From the NCBI GenBank assembly GCA_965207885.1, contig OZ242311.1, forward strand, positions 3,008,001 through 3,072,000: a DNA stretch of 64,000 nucleotides, read 5' to 3'. The notes under the pieces were generated by a model. That model saw only the letters and a list, made by a program, of their open reading frames with translations, was not told the origin of the DNA and did no database searches. The DNA comes from Candidatus Latescibacterota bacterium (GTDB lineage Bacteria; Latescibacterota; UBA2968). The translations under genes were made by a program, and so were the position numbers. Of the stretch, positions 39,375 to 49,494 are shown one piece after another (position 1 is the stretch's first letter; each line of letters opens with the position of its first letter).

Positions 39375-41192
39375 TTATGGGCTTACCTCTGGCGAGAGTT
39401 TTACTTTAATCTGCAGTTTTGTGACATCTGTGAAGTGGATCGCCAGTTTTCTGCGGCCCTTGTTATCGGCTTGTTTGGGATTGGGGGAGGTGGGCAAGGG
39501 GGTTGCGTTGAGGACTGTGAATATGGCGTCGGATGGCGATAAAATTTCCGCTTTGAGATGTTTGCCCCTGCGCGTTAGAAGGGCGGTTTGTCCGTCGAGT
39601 TTGACACTGGCTCTCGTGTGCATGAACCACCAGAGTTCAGATGGGGATTTGGCTTCAATGTCGTCGGTAATCACGACATGATTTTGGTCTATTATCTCAA
39701 AGGTGCGCTGCGCACGCGTTGCATCATCGGCATAAACATCGGTGAGGTCGAGGACAGCTGTCGCATGACTGGGATCAGCCTTGAAGGCGGTGATGGGACA
39801 TTCGGCTTTTGGGTTCTGATCTGGACCATTGCCAGGGTTGAAGACGAGGGTGTTGTGGCCTTCGGCGCGGATGCGGTAGAATTCCCACCGTTGGCGTTTG
39901 TTGCGATGTCTCTGATAGGTTTCGCGTTCCGTGCCCGAGTCGATAGCCCACCGCTCGCCGAGTGCTTCGAGGATGAATGTGCCCTGATCCAGGTGCCGGT
40001 GCATGCCCAGATTGTAATTGCCGCCTGCCTGAATGCCCAGCACGAGGGCGTGGGGGTCTGTCCAGGAAGAACGCAGGGTGGCGACATCGGCTTTGCGAAA
40101 GTGTTTGTCGAGGGGCAGGGTGCTGGGGTCAAAGTCTTTTGCGCTGTCGTCGAACCACAGCAAGTCGAGCACTGTGCCCCTGCCGTATTGCCTGAGCGTG
40201 TCGTAGCGAAACCAACTGTAGTGTTGTATGCCGTAGTGCGTGCCCATCCAGAAGTGCATGGGGGTACTCATGCGCCGCAACCCGCAATCGGCAAAGTCAA
40301 AACTGTAGCGATCTGCCCCCGAGATATAAATCTGATAATTCCCGCTCTCTTTGAAACCGGGTATAGCTGCGAGATCAAAATCGGTGCCGAGAGCACTGAA
40401 CAGGCTGGATAAGAAGAGCACGTTGTAACGCGCACCATAATCCCAATAGGTCACGCCTTCGATACCAGCGCCATCGGGGGCGTAAAAATTCATCGATAGG
40501 GGAATGCCTTTGATGCCCGCGTGGAGAATTTCACTGGCGAGTTCGGGTTCTTCATCGGCGATGGCGAGCGCGCCCATGCCAAGCCCGCCGTTGCAGACCT
40601 GGTTCCAGTTGTTGTGACTGCGCGCCCACCAGGCGTTTTCGCGATAGCCTTTTAAGCCGGGTTTGAGACCTTTTTCCACGATGGCACTGCGAAGGATGTG
40701 ACGCTGTTCTTCTGTCCAATGGTCGTATAACCAGTCGTATCCAACGGCAAAGGCATAGGTCATTTCTGCGGTGTCGAGAAAGTGATCGGGATTCCAGTCT
40801 TTGAATCGCGCCGCGGATTCGAGTTCTGCCCAGGCGCGTTCTAAATAGGGTTTTCCGCCTTCCATGAGATAGACAAAGGCGAGTTGACGCACGCGCTCTT
40901 TCACGCGACGGCTGGTGGAGAGCAGGCGTCTTCCATCCGGGATGCTGTATTCCGATGGTTTTTGCGTGAGTATTTTCTGAGTTTCTCGTTTGACCCGACG
41001 GTAGATTTTGGCGGCGATCGTATCACGAGCGATTTGCTCTTTGATGCGCGCGAGGGTGTTTGCATCCATCATCAGACGCGGGTGGCCGGGTTTCAGGGTC
41101 GTTAGAATCCGATCCTTATCCGGGGGAGTGAATGCTTCAGTATGTGTTTGGATACTCAGCATGAGGATGATTATTGTCGCGATTGATTTCAT
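39375..41192 (-). CDS. Secreted heparinase II/III family polysaccharide lyase
   Basis: Signal peptide; HPRL, WNPDHFLD, NNWNQVC, EG..YW.YG, HRHLD.G.F and HNTL motifs. Confidence 0.87.
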   Translation of the reverse strand: MKSIATIIILMLSIQTHTEAFTPPDKDRILTTLKPGHPRLMMDANTLARIKEQIARDTIAAKIYRRVKRETQKILTQKPSEYSIPDGRRLLSTSRRVKERVRQLAFVYLMEGGKPYLERAWAELESAARFKDWNPDHFLDTAEMTYAFAVGYDWLYDHWTEEQRHILRSAIVEKGLKPGLKGYRENAWWARSHNNWNQVCNGGLGMGALAIADEEPELASEILHAGIKGIPLSMNFYAPDGAGIEGVTYWDYGARYNVLFLSSLFSALGTDFDLAAIPGFKESGNYQIYISGADRYSFDFADCGLRRMSTPMHFWMGTHYGIQHYSWFRYDTLRQYGRGTVLDLLWFDDSAKDFDPSTLPLDKHFRKADVATLRSSWTDPHALVLGIQAGGNYNLGMHRHLDQGTFILEALGERWAIDSGTERETYQRHRNKRQRWEFYRIRAEGHNTLVFNPGNGPDQNPKAECPITAFKADPSHATAVLDLTDVYADDATRAQRTFEIIDQNHVVITDDIEAKSPSELWWFMHTRASVKLDGQTALLTRRGKHLKAEILSPSDAIFTVLNATPLPTSPNPKQADNKGRRKLAIHFTDVTKLQIKVKLSPEVSP

Positions 41193-41209
41193 AATGTGTT
41201 TTTAACGAC

Positions 41210-41244
41210 AACGAGTTCGCTCAGCCTTACCGAGCGAACTCGTT
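41210..41244 (-). terminator. Intrinsic terminator-like hairpin
   Basis: 13-bp perfect stem AACGAGTTCGCTC...GAGCGAACTCGTT after the LRR gene. Confidence 0.7.
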
Positions 41245-41273
41245 TGGTTATGACCTGAGATTTTTACAGGTAT

Positions 41274-42029
41274 TTAGCTGTCGGTATTTACTTTAACGCC
41301 TTTTTTTGTCAAGGCGGGAACATGCGTCTTCATCGATGCCTCGTTCAGGGCGTTGCGCCTGATATTCAGTGTTGCCAGGTTGGCTAAGCCAGCGGCCGGC
41401 GCGAGGTCTGCGACTTTGTTGTTGTTGAGGCTCAGGGTTCTCAACTCAGCCATGCCCGATACTGCCGAAATATCCGCAACTTTGTTGCCAGTCAGGTTCA
41501 GGTTTCTCATTTTGGTCGCCCCAGCAAGTGCCGAAATATCTGAGACGTTGCGGTTCGCACTGAGATTCAGTGTTCTCAGGTTGGTTAATTTAGCAAGTGC
41601 TGAGACGTCAGACACATTATTGCGGGTAAGGTTCAGCGTTCTCAGTTTTTTCAAACCGGAAAGTGCTGAGAGGTCTGAGACGGCGTTGCTATTGACAACC
41701 TTTTTGTCCACGCGCGTAGCACCGAGGTTCAGTACTGTCAAATTTTTCGCGTGCTCGAGTCCGCTCAAATCGCTGATGTTTGCATTTTGCGCGACAAGGC
41801 GTCTCAATTTTGCCATGTCAGCCGTGGTGATCACCGCATCGCTCGCCATGTTCAGGGAATCCGCAATTACCGCACGCAGATTGGCGTCGGGGATCATGAC
41901 GGGTTTTGGCGCCATTTTTTTAGCGCTCTCGCTTTTTTGCTCGCTCTTCAGGTGATGGCCCGCGTCGCTCGCGCTATAGCTGCATGCAATGAGGAGTGCG
42001 AGGATCAGGGGGAGATGTCGATACTTCAT
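41274..42029 (-). CDS. Exported internalin-like leucine-rich repeat protein
   Basis: Signal peptide (possible lipobox LIAC); IPDANLR cap; about seven 22-23 aa LxxLxLxxNxVxDLS repeats. Confidence 0.9.
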   Translation of the reverse strand: MKYRHLPLILALLIACSYSASDAGHHLKSEQKSESAKKMAPKPVMIPDANLRAVIADSLNMASDAVITTADMAKLRRLVAQNANISDLSGLEHAKNLTVLNLGATRVDKKVVNSNAVSDLSALSGLKKLRTLNLTRNNVSDVSALAKLTNLRTLNLSANRNVSDISALAGATKMRNLNLTGNKVADISAVSGMAELRTLSLNNNKVADLAPAAGLANLATLNIRRNALNEASMKTHVPALTKKGVKVNTDS

Positions 42030-42239
42030 GGTTTTTCCTCCGGATGGGGGTGAATGAGGCACGCAAGATGCCCGTACTGAATTGATGAAATACTGAGCAC
42101 ATGTAACGTAACAACTTACGAGAGATTTCCTCCTTTCTGTTGTAAGTGGATATTCCTGTGTGCTCTAATCAGAGGTTATGATAATATAAAAGTGGTTGAT
42201 TAGTCAATAAGAAATAAGGGGTAGGGGAAGAGGGAATGG

Positions 42240-43988
42240 CTAATGCTTGAGGTCGAGTTGCGCCGACCACGAGGAGGTGCGGTGGTGGCTGTAGCGCGTT
42301 GATAGGCGGAAATGCGCGGTTGCCCAGGTGAGGCGCAGGCCGCGATTTGTGCCGTCCCCCGAGAGGGTGAGCAGGCGTATGCCGCCCCAAACATCGGGCT
42401 CGATGTCGTAGATACGCGCGTTGTAGGATGAGATTTTGTGGTGGGTGGCCCATAGTGCGAGGGAAAAGCCCGTTGATTTGCCGAGTTGAAGACGAAGTCC
42501 AGTTGCGTTTCCCGATGTACCGGCATATGCGCGCTGTAGCCATGCGGTCAGGGCGTGGTTGGGGCGTTTGTAGGCGAGCGAAAGGCGAAGGCTTTGTCGG
42601 GGTACGCGATTTGTCGCGCTTCTGGCATCGGCGGTCAGGCGTGCAGAAAAACCTCTGCTGAATCGGTGGGTAAAATTGAGCCGCAGGCGAGCGCCTCGTT
42701 CTGGTAGTGCGCTTTTCTCTGGCCTGAGCTGCCCATGACGGTCGAGGGCGATATCGAGGCGTTGGCGTTTTGATATGCGCCAGGTCAAGCCGAAGAATGC
42801 GCCCCATTCGTTGTTGGGGGGAGAGCTATAGGCGGCATAAGGTGCGCCGTGCAAGCTGTGGAAATTGGCGCCATAGCGTCTGCCAATGAGATGGAGACGC
42901 AGGGTGGGTGTTCCAGCGACGAGGCCGGTTATGAAAGCTCTGGGGGCGATTTCGCCAAATAGAGCGATGCGGTCGGCGCGGTAGAGGGCATTGAGACTGA
43001 ATAACATGCCTGCCTGAGCTGTGCGCGGCACTGCGGATTCACCGGCTGTGTCAGACGCGACAGGTGAGAATGCCGTGTTGAGAATTGTCAATCCAATGTT
43101 TTTTTGCGAGGATCCAATGGCTATATTCGCGCCTGTGAGGCGTTCGCGGAGCGCGTTTTTGCGCGCTTGTGAGGTTTCGGTATGGTGAAGGCCGCTGGTG
43201 TAGATACGCGTATCAGATCCAAAGGTCGCATCCCATGTTATTTGGCCATACATCAGGCTCCAGTGCAGGTGGGTGTGTGAGCCGCTCAGGTAAATGCCGC
43301 GCGGGGCACCGTGTTCTATGCTGGTGCGGTTGCCTGATCGCGTGGCATTGCGGGCGCGTGCGTAGCTCAAGCCGGTCGCACTGCGTGTGCGGCGCGAAAA
43401 GAGCAATCCCTGTCCCCATTCTGGACGCACATCTCCTATGATGATGTTGACGCGAGAAAGGGGCAGGGCAATATAGCCAGTGACGTAATCGGTGATAACG
43501 GGTTCTTCCGGGTCGCGTTCTGTAAGAAAAAAGGCAGAGAGACGTGTGGGTGAAGCGATTTCGAGTCGTTGATAGAGACGCATGTCGCCAAAGCTATTGG
43601 CGCGTCTGGAAGGGCGCGAGACGCGGGATGTGTATTGTAAACGCCATGGGCGCGGAGGTGCGATGGACAGATAGGGCGCGATGAGGTCGATGCGTTCTGC
43701 CGATAAGCCCTGGACAGAGGCGAGTTCTTCGAGGGTGCGATAGGGGCGCCGGGCGATGATTCGCCGGGCGAGTTCTGGGGTGATACCGGGCAGAATGAGC
43801 AGGTCTTTCGCACTTGCGCGGTTGAGCTCGAGACGTATGCCTTCGAGGTCGCGCAACAAGTCGTTATAAGCTTCGGCTTCGCCTTCGGTGTAGATGGCGG
43901 ATGGTTGCGCGAATAGGAGCGCGGGAAGGCACAGAGTGAAAACAATGTGCCATGCGAGTGTGCGGATGTGAAAGATGTGTTCTGGCAT
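42240..43988 (-). CDS. ComEA-like helix-hairpin-helix domain protein with a probable C-terminal beta-barrel
   Basis: LNRAS..DL..LPGI...LA.RII..RPY...EEL..V.GL (ComEA HhH); GD....WGQGL; amphipathic strands. Confidence 0.75.
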   Translation of the reverse strand: MPEHIFHIRTLAWHIVFTLCLPALLFAQPSAIYTEGEAEAYNDLLRDLEGIRLELNRASAKDLLILPGITPELARRIIARRPYRTLEELASVQGLSAERIDLIAPYLSIAPPRPWRLQYTSRVSRPSRRANSFGDMRLYQRLEIASPTRLSAFFLTERDPEEPVITDYVTGYIALPLSRVNIIIGDVRPEWGQGLLFSRRTRSATGLSYARARNATRSGNRTSIEHGAPRGIYLSGSHTHLHWSLMYGQITWDATFGSDTRIYTSGLHHTETSQARKNALRERLTGANIAIGSSQKNIGLTILNTAFSPVASDTAGESAVPRTAQAGMLFSLNALYRADRIALFGEIAPRAFITGLVAGTPTLRLHLIGRRYGANFHSLHGAPYAAYSSPPNNEWGAFFGLTWRISKRQRLDIALDRHGQLRPEKSALPERGARLRLNFTHRFSRGFSARLTADARSATNRVPRQSLRLSLAYKRPNHALTAWLQRAYAGTSGNATGLRLQLGKSTGFSLALWATHHKISSYNARIYDIEPDVWGGIRLLTLSGDGTNRGLRLTWATAHFRLSTRYSHHRTSSWSAQLDLKH

Positions 43989-44073
43989 TGGGCGCGTTTG
44001 CGATATAAAGGTCTTAATTTACAGTAAGTTGCTTTATTGTTGCAATAGACCTTATGCAAACGGTATGCCAATC

Positions 44074-45909
44074 TCACTTCTGATACGGTTCTATTCTGCC
44101 GTTGCGAATGGTGAGCATATACATCCAGGCATTTTCCCGATGGCCTTTGCCAAAGGATATTTGGCCGGTTGCACCGGGTATATCTGTGAGGGTTTCAAGG
44201 TGCTCTCGCAGGTGGTCTCGGGTGGTGCCGCCCGCGTTTATGCCGTGCAGGATGGATAGCATGGCATCGTATCCGAGGGCAGCAACGATATTCTGTTCTT
44301 TGCCAAAGCGCGAGCGGTAGGCGTTGACAAAATTTTGCACGGATTCAAGATGGCTCTGATCGTAATATTTTGCGACAAAAATAGCGCCATCGACGTAATT
44401 ACCGCCATCGCGAGCCACTTCATCGTGGTTCCAGCCATCACTACCGAGCACCTGGGAAGAAACGAGGGCGGAATGAAATTGGGGGGCGATGAGTAAGATG
44501 TCTTCAGCGCCACCCGCAATGAGGATGCCGTCCAGGGCTTCGACAACTTCGAGTTGCACAGTGTCGGGATCAACTACGACGGGTGGGGGAGGGGCAACGC
44601 GTATGTTCCCGAGGATTAATGAGTCAATTGCCGAAGCGAGGTCGTCGGGCGCTTGAAGTGCCAGTCCCGCGATGCGTATGCGTTCAAATTGGCGGCGATA
44701 ATCCGTAGTGCCGGGTTCGTACCATTCTTGAATGAGCACTTCGGCACCGAGGTCTTCGGCTCTGGTGGCAAATTCGCGGGCGATGCTCTGGCCATAATCA
44801 TCTCGAGATGCAAGTGAAGCCAGCGTTCGCAAACCCTGTTTATTCACGGCGTGTTCTGCAATGCGCCTGCCCTGTGCCCCTGGTGTTGCATTGACTTGAA
44901 AAACATAGGGACTGAGGGATGCAATGCCGTCGTCTGAGGCTGTTGGGGCCACCAGAGGCACTTTTTGGGCACTTAGCATAGTTGCAATAGGCGTGGTTAC
45001 CGCGCTTGTGAGTGCGCCGATGATGGCGAGTACATCGCGTTCTTCAACAAGGCGCTGTACCGCGCGTGCTGCGCGAATGGGGTCGCCTGCGGAGTCTTCA
45101 AATATCAGTTCGACCTGGTCGTGAGATGCGAGTGGATTGCGGTCTCTCGCAAGTGTGATGCCGTTGCGGAGGTCTTCGCCGCTTGGGGTGTCCAATGGGG
45201 CGATGACGCCGATTTTATAGCGCGCCTTTTGGGGTTCTGGTTCCGGGGTAGGTTGGGACGAAGATATGAGGATTTGTCGCGCGAGCACAGCGAATTGCCC
45301 ATTTGGATGGTGATCGAGAAAGAGAGTCAGGTATTTGTTGCCTTTTTCGAGGGCGTCGAGTTTGATGTGCCAGTGCGCTTTGCCAAAGGCAATGGCTTCG
45401 TCAATGATGGCGCGATTAAAATCTGTTTTCAAATTTTCGACCTCGCTATCAGGTAGTTTTTCGCTGCCCGATAGTTGGCTTAGGCGGTCGGCTGCACGCG
45501 CTTTGGTGCGTATGTCGGCGCGGCTGGTGAGTACGCGCGCATATTGTGTGACGGCGTTGTAAATCTGGTGTTGGTGAAAATAACAGTCGCCAATGATCAG
45601 GTCGGTTTCAGAGATGTATCGGCTGCGCGGGTAGTAATGTTGAAGCGCGATGGCTGCGGTCAGAGCCTGATCGTATGCTTTCAATTTGTAGTGCGATTTT
45701 GCCAGCATGAATCTCGCGGCAGAGGTGCGCTGATTGGGGGGGTGTTGTTCTATGAGTTCTATAAATCTATCCCGGGCGTCTGATAGATTATCTTGATTAT
45801 AATGGGCAAGTGCGCGTTGGAAGAGGGTTTCCGCTTTCTGGCTGTATATCTCACCCGATATATGGGTAGAGAAGAGAAGGAGAAACAGGAGTGTGGATAA
45901 TGTTTTCAT
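44074..45909 (-). CDS. TPR plus type I periplasmic-binding domain protein (LpoA/penicillin-binding protein activator-like)
   Basis: Signal peptide; BamD-like TPRs; KIGVIAPL, IIGALTS, DYG and ALGYDA motifs. Confidence 0.75.
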   Translation of the reverse strand: MKTLSTLLFLLLFSTHISGEIYSQKAETLFQRALAHYNQDNLSDARDRFIELIEQHPPNQRTSAARFMLAKSHYKLKAYDQALTAAIALQHYYPRSRYISETDLIIGDCYFHQHQIYNAVTQYARVLTSRADIRTKARAADRLSQLSGSEKLPDSEVENLKTDFNRAIIDEAIAFGKAHWHIKLDALEKGNKYLTLFLDHHPNGQFAVLARQILISSSQPTPEPEPQKARYKIGVIAPLDTPSGEDLRNGITLARDRNPLASHDQVELIFEDSAGDPIRAARAVQRLVEERDVLAIIGALTSAVTTPIATMLSAQKVPLVAPTASDDGIASLSPYVFQVNATPGAQGRRIAEHAVNKQGLRTLASLASRDDYGQSIAREFATRAEDLGAEVLIQEWYEPGTTDYRRQFERIRIAGLALQAPDDLASAIDSLILGNIRVAPPPPVVVDPDTVQLEVVEALDGILIAGGAEDILLIAPQFHSALVSSQVLGSDGWNHDEVARDGGNYVDGAIFVAKYYDQSHLESVQNFVNAYRSRFGKEQNIVAALGYDAMLSILHGINAGGTTRDHLREHLETLTDIPGATGQISFGKGHRENAWMYMLTIRNGRIEPYQK

Positions 45910-46388
45910 TGAACAAAGTTGATAAAATCTTCTGGGTGCAGTTTTTGCAGTCTCTGCTGAAGGAGCTCAGGAGGGTGTTTTTGGGACAGTTCGGTACTTT
46001 TTTTTATTACTTTTTCGTCAATGTAGATTGGCGCGTCAAATTTGAGTGCCATCAAGATCGCATCGCTGGGGCGCGCGTCGAGTTCCAATGGCGTTACAGG
46101 GGAAGTGAGATGCAATTGCGCGCAATAGACGTGGTCTATAATGTCTGTGATGAGCGCGTGTTGAACGCTGGCTTGCAGGTTTTTAATAACTGTTTTGATT
46201 AAATCGTGTGCAAATGGACGCGGCGGTTTGAAATTTTCGCCTGCGATATGAAGGGCAAGCGAGAACATTTCACCCATTTGAATCCATATTGGCACGCGGT
46301 GGTCGCCATCTTTTTGTTTCAGCATAACAACCGGCTCTTCGAATTGGCGGTCGATAAATATGCCTTCGATTTGGGCTTCATAGACCAT
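45906..46388 (-). CDS. Bifunctional nuclease family protein (DUF151)
   Basis: VPIWI, PRPFAHDL and LDARPSDAI.MAL...PIYI motifs. Confidence 0.9.
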   Translation of the reverse strand: MVYEAQIEGIFIDRQFEEPVVMLKQKDGDHRVPIWIQMGEMFSLALHIAGENFKPPRPFAHDLIKTVIKNLQASVQHALITDIIDHVYCAQLHLTSPVTPLELDARPSDAILMALKFDAPIYIDEKVIKKSTELSQKHPPELLQQRLQKLHPEDFINFVQ

Positions 46389-46459
46389 GGACGCGACCTC
46401 TGTTCGTTTTTGAAAATATAAAAGAGGGCAGTGGAAGGGTCAAGGATCAGTTCTTAGAT

Positions 46460-47104
46460 TTATTCCAAAACGAGTGAGACGGCGAGCCAGCCGCCTACGG
46501 GAATGATGTTGGAGATGAGCCGGGGGTGATTGGCAACGCAGCGGTTGTAGTCCTGTATGCCGCGGCGACCATCGCCTTCGGGCAGTGCGCGGTGTGCATG
46601 TCCGTGTCCATTGGCATTGTCGGCGATTATGAGCCCGCCCGGTCGCGTATTTTCAAGGGCAAAGTCGAGATATTTGGGATAGCTTTCTTTGTCTGCGTCG
46701 ATGAAGATGAGGTCAAAAGGCCCATCTTGCACTGCATCTTGCATGAGTTTTGTCCCGTCGCCGAGGCGTACATCTGTTCGGTCGGATAGTCCGGCTTTTT
46801 CGTAGTTGCGCCGCGTGACATCGGCGTGTTTGGGTTCAATTTCAAGGGTGATGAATTGCCCGGCTTCGGGCAGTGCACGGGCGAGCCATATCCCCGAATA
46901 ACCTGCGAGCGCACCAAATTCGAGGATTTTTTTTGCGCCGATTGTCCTGGCGAGCAAATACAGGGTTTGCCCGGCTTCGGGGCTGACTGAGATTCGCGGA
47001 ATACCCTGTTCGGCAGCATCGGGCATGATGTTTTTGAGCAAGTCGTCTTCGCGGGCGAAGACTTCCCGTTTGTATGTGTCGAGATCGGGATAGGATTGTT
47101 GCAT
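46460..47104 (-). CDS. Class I SAM-dependent O-methyltransferase (CCoAOMT/COMT-like)
   Basis: ILEFG...GYS, FDLIFIDADK..Y and PGGLIIADN motifs. Confidence 0.92.
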   Translation of the reverse strand: MQQSYPDLDTYKREVFAREDDLLKNIMPDAAEQGIPRISVSPEAGQTLYLLARTIGAKKILEFGALAGYSGIWLARALPEAGQFITLEIEPKHADVTRRNYEKAGLSDRTDVRLGDGTKLMQDAVQDGPFDLIFIDADKESYPKYLDFALENTRPGGLIIADNANGHGHAHRALPEGDGRRGIQDYNRCVANHPRLISNIIPVGGWLAVSLVLE

Positions 47105-47129
47105 TGAGTTATCCTTTCATTGCACGCTT

Positions 47130-48173
47130 TTAGAATGTGATTCTTCTTCCTTCTTTTGCCGATTGATATGCGCCGAGGATCATTTCAACGGAGACGCGCC
47201 CCTCTTCGGGGGAGACGCGTTCATTGCTCAGGCCGCGAATATAGTTGATAAATGGACGGGGTATGGCGGCGATGCGCTCGCCCTGCCCTTTGGGTATGTC
47301 CATTTTGAACTCGGTCCAGTGATCGTCACCGCGGCGGATGTATTTGAGTGGGACGGCGTCTTCTGATCGCGGCGCAGAGGTGGAGGGCGCGTCGCCGTAG
47401 TCCTGGATGATGGTTCCTTCGTCGCCGTAGATTTCAGTGGTGTTGACGCCTGCGGCAGTGGTGGAGCCGTTGAATAATATGCCCATCATGCCGGTTTCAA
47501 AACGGAAGATGGAGACGCCGTTATCGTCAGGTGCAGCATCTGTCACGATGTTGTCGATTTCGGCCATTACTGAGACGGGGCGACCAAAAATCCAGTAGAA
47601 CCAGTCGGCGGCATGGGGGGCGTCGTCGAAGTACATTCCAATATTGGCAATGGGGTCGAGGTGCCATCTGGAGGCGCCAGTGACAAAGTGGGGATTGAGC
47701 AGTACGGGGATACAATGTCTTCGGCGCACGACCGCAATATTACCAACTATGCCCTTGTCAACGAGTTCCTTAATTTTGCGGTTGACGGGGTCCTGCCGCA
47801 TCTGAAAGGCCATGCTGAATTTGACGCCCGATTTATTTACGGCTTCGATGATGCGGTCGCAATCTTCAAGGGTGGTAGCCATGGGTTTTTGGAGCAGGAT
47901 ATTTTTGCCCGCCTGAGAGGCCACTATTGCGTATTCTGCGTGGCGGTTGGTCTCTATGCCGATCATGACGGTGTCGATATTTGGGTCGCTGAGTACGGCG
48001 TCTGCGGATGTGCGAAATTCCATGCCGAATTTTTCAGCGTTTTCGCGTCCGCGATCTTTGTTGTCGTCCCATGTGGCGATGAGTTCGACATCGTCAAAAT
48101 GCTGCATTTGACCACAATATGTGTTGATGTGTCCGTGTGCGTGGCTGAGTACGCCAATTCTGACTTTATCCAT
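47130..48173 (-). CDS. Gfo/Idh/MocA family oxidoreductase
   Basis: N-terminal Rossmann fold; QKPMA; D..PH..D motif. Confidence 0.9.
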   Translation of the reverse strand: MDKVRIGVLSHAHGHINTYCGQMQHFDDVELIATWDDNKDRGRENAEKFGMEFRTSADAVLSDPNIDTVMIGIETNRHAEYAIVASQAGKNILLQKPMATTLEDCDRIIEAVNKSGVKFSMAFQMRQDPVNRKIKELVDKGIVGNIAVVRRRHCIPVLLNPHFVTGASRWHLDPIANIGMYFDDAPHAADWFYWIFGRPVSVMAEIDNIVTDAAPDDNGVSIFRFETGMMGILFNGSTTAAGVNTTEIYGDEGTIIQDYGDAPSTSAPRSEDAVPLKYIRRGDDHWTEFKMDIPKGQGERIAAIPRPFINYIRGLSNERVSPEEGRVSVEMILGAYQSAKEGRRITF

Positions 48174-48234
48174 AGAGTAGGACCTTTGGTGTAGTATTGA
48201 GAATCTACAATAGCAGTTGGGGGGGTGGGCGGGG

Positions 48235-48257
48235 TTCGTCTATTCGTCTATTCGTCA
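48235..48257 (-). repeat. 8-bp tandem repeat (CGAATAGA) beginning at a stop codon
   Basis: Minus strand TGA-CGAATAGA-CGAATAGA-CGAA. Confidence 0.7.
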
Positions 48258-49247
48258 TTTTACGTAAACTACGGTTTCGGTGTCGAGCGACTCAATGGCT
48301 GCGGCAATGACTTTTTGCGCGGCGAGTCCTTCTTCGCCCGAGCCGTCGATGTCTTCGGGTGCAACTCCTTCGCTGACCTGGCGGAGAAATGTGCCGATGC
48401 GGTCGCGGAAGGTGTCAATAAAATCTCCAAATCCCCCAAAGGCAGGGTCTGTGTACACGGTTTTTTCGAGGTTGCCCGCCGGGTAGAGGGTGAGTTCGTG
48501 CCACATGTCATCGAGGACGAAACGGCCGCCCGTGCCGGCGACTTCGCAGCGTTCCATGGGGTGTCCGCGCGCGATGTCGTAACTGCCCGTGAGTGAGCCG
48601 ACCACGCCATTTTTAAAACGCATGTTGAACTGTGCGGTGGACCATATTTGGCGCCCGGGTGCTTTGGTGGCGAAACAGTGAACCGCTTCTATATCGCCGC
48701 AGAAATAGCGCATGACGTCAATGGTGTGTGGGTGAAGTGCTTTGAGGTGATAATACGGCGAGCTTTCCGCCGGGTTCATGATCCACATCGCCATATTGAT
48801 AAAGAGCAGATGGCCCAGGCGCCCTTCATTGACCCATTTTTTTGCAAGGCGAGCCGCAGGGGTAAAGCGGTGGTTGAGGTCAATGCCGTAGCAGATGCCC
48901 ATTTCTCTGGCTTTGGCGACCATTTCTTCGCCGTGGGAAATATTATTTGAGATGGGTTTTTCGCCCAGGACGTGACAGCCAGCTTCGATGGCTTGTATGG
49001 TGGGCGCGTAGTGATCACTGCTGTATTCATAGCCACCTGTGGCTACGCTTACCACATCGGGTTTGAGTTCTTCAAGCATTTTTGGAACGTTGTAAAAAGC
49101 GGTGACGCCCAGGCGTTGTGCGGCCGCGTTGGCGCGGGTTTCGTCAATGTCGCATACGCCCACGAGATCGGATAGTGGATTTTCTATATAAATATCAGCG
49201 TGCCGGTTGCCAATTGGCCCCAGCCCGATGACGCATACACGTAGCAT
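48255..49247 (-). CDS. Gfo/Idh/MocA family oxidoreductase
   Basis: VIGLGPIG, EKP, N.RF.P and H.ID motifs. Confidence 0.92.
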   Translation of the reverse strand: MLRVCVIGLGPIGNRHADIYIENPLSDLVGVCDIDETRANAAAQRLGVTAFYNVPKMLEELKPDVVSVATGGYEYSSDHYAPTIQAIEAGCHVLGEKPISNNISHGEEMVAKAREMGICYGIDLNHRFTPAARLAKKWVNEGRLGHLLFINMAMWIMNPAESSPYYHLKALHPHTIDVMRYFCGDIEAVHCFATKAPGRQIWSTAQFNMRFKNGVVGSLTGSYDIARGHPMERCEVAGTGGRFVLDDMWHELTLYPAGNLEKTVYTDPAFGGFGDFIDTFRDRIGTFLRQVSEGVAPEDIDGSGEEGLAAQKVIAAAIESLDTETVVYVK

Positions 49248-49494
49248 AATGGTACTCCATATTTGGGATTGGTGCTCAATCGTCCAGTTTGGCAAGACGG
49301 GAGAGGATTATCTTTTTATTTAAGCATAAATTATTTTTCGTCAAGATGTTTGCGAGGCGGGGTACAACTTTGGCAGAAGCGCAATTTTTGGATTGCAATA
49401 AGGTATTTTTCCTTGCCAAGTGTGTTTGAATCCGCTAAATTACGACGTCCTGTTTTTCGAAATTTGACGGAGTTGATCATTTCTACAAAATGCT

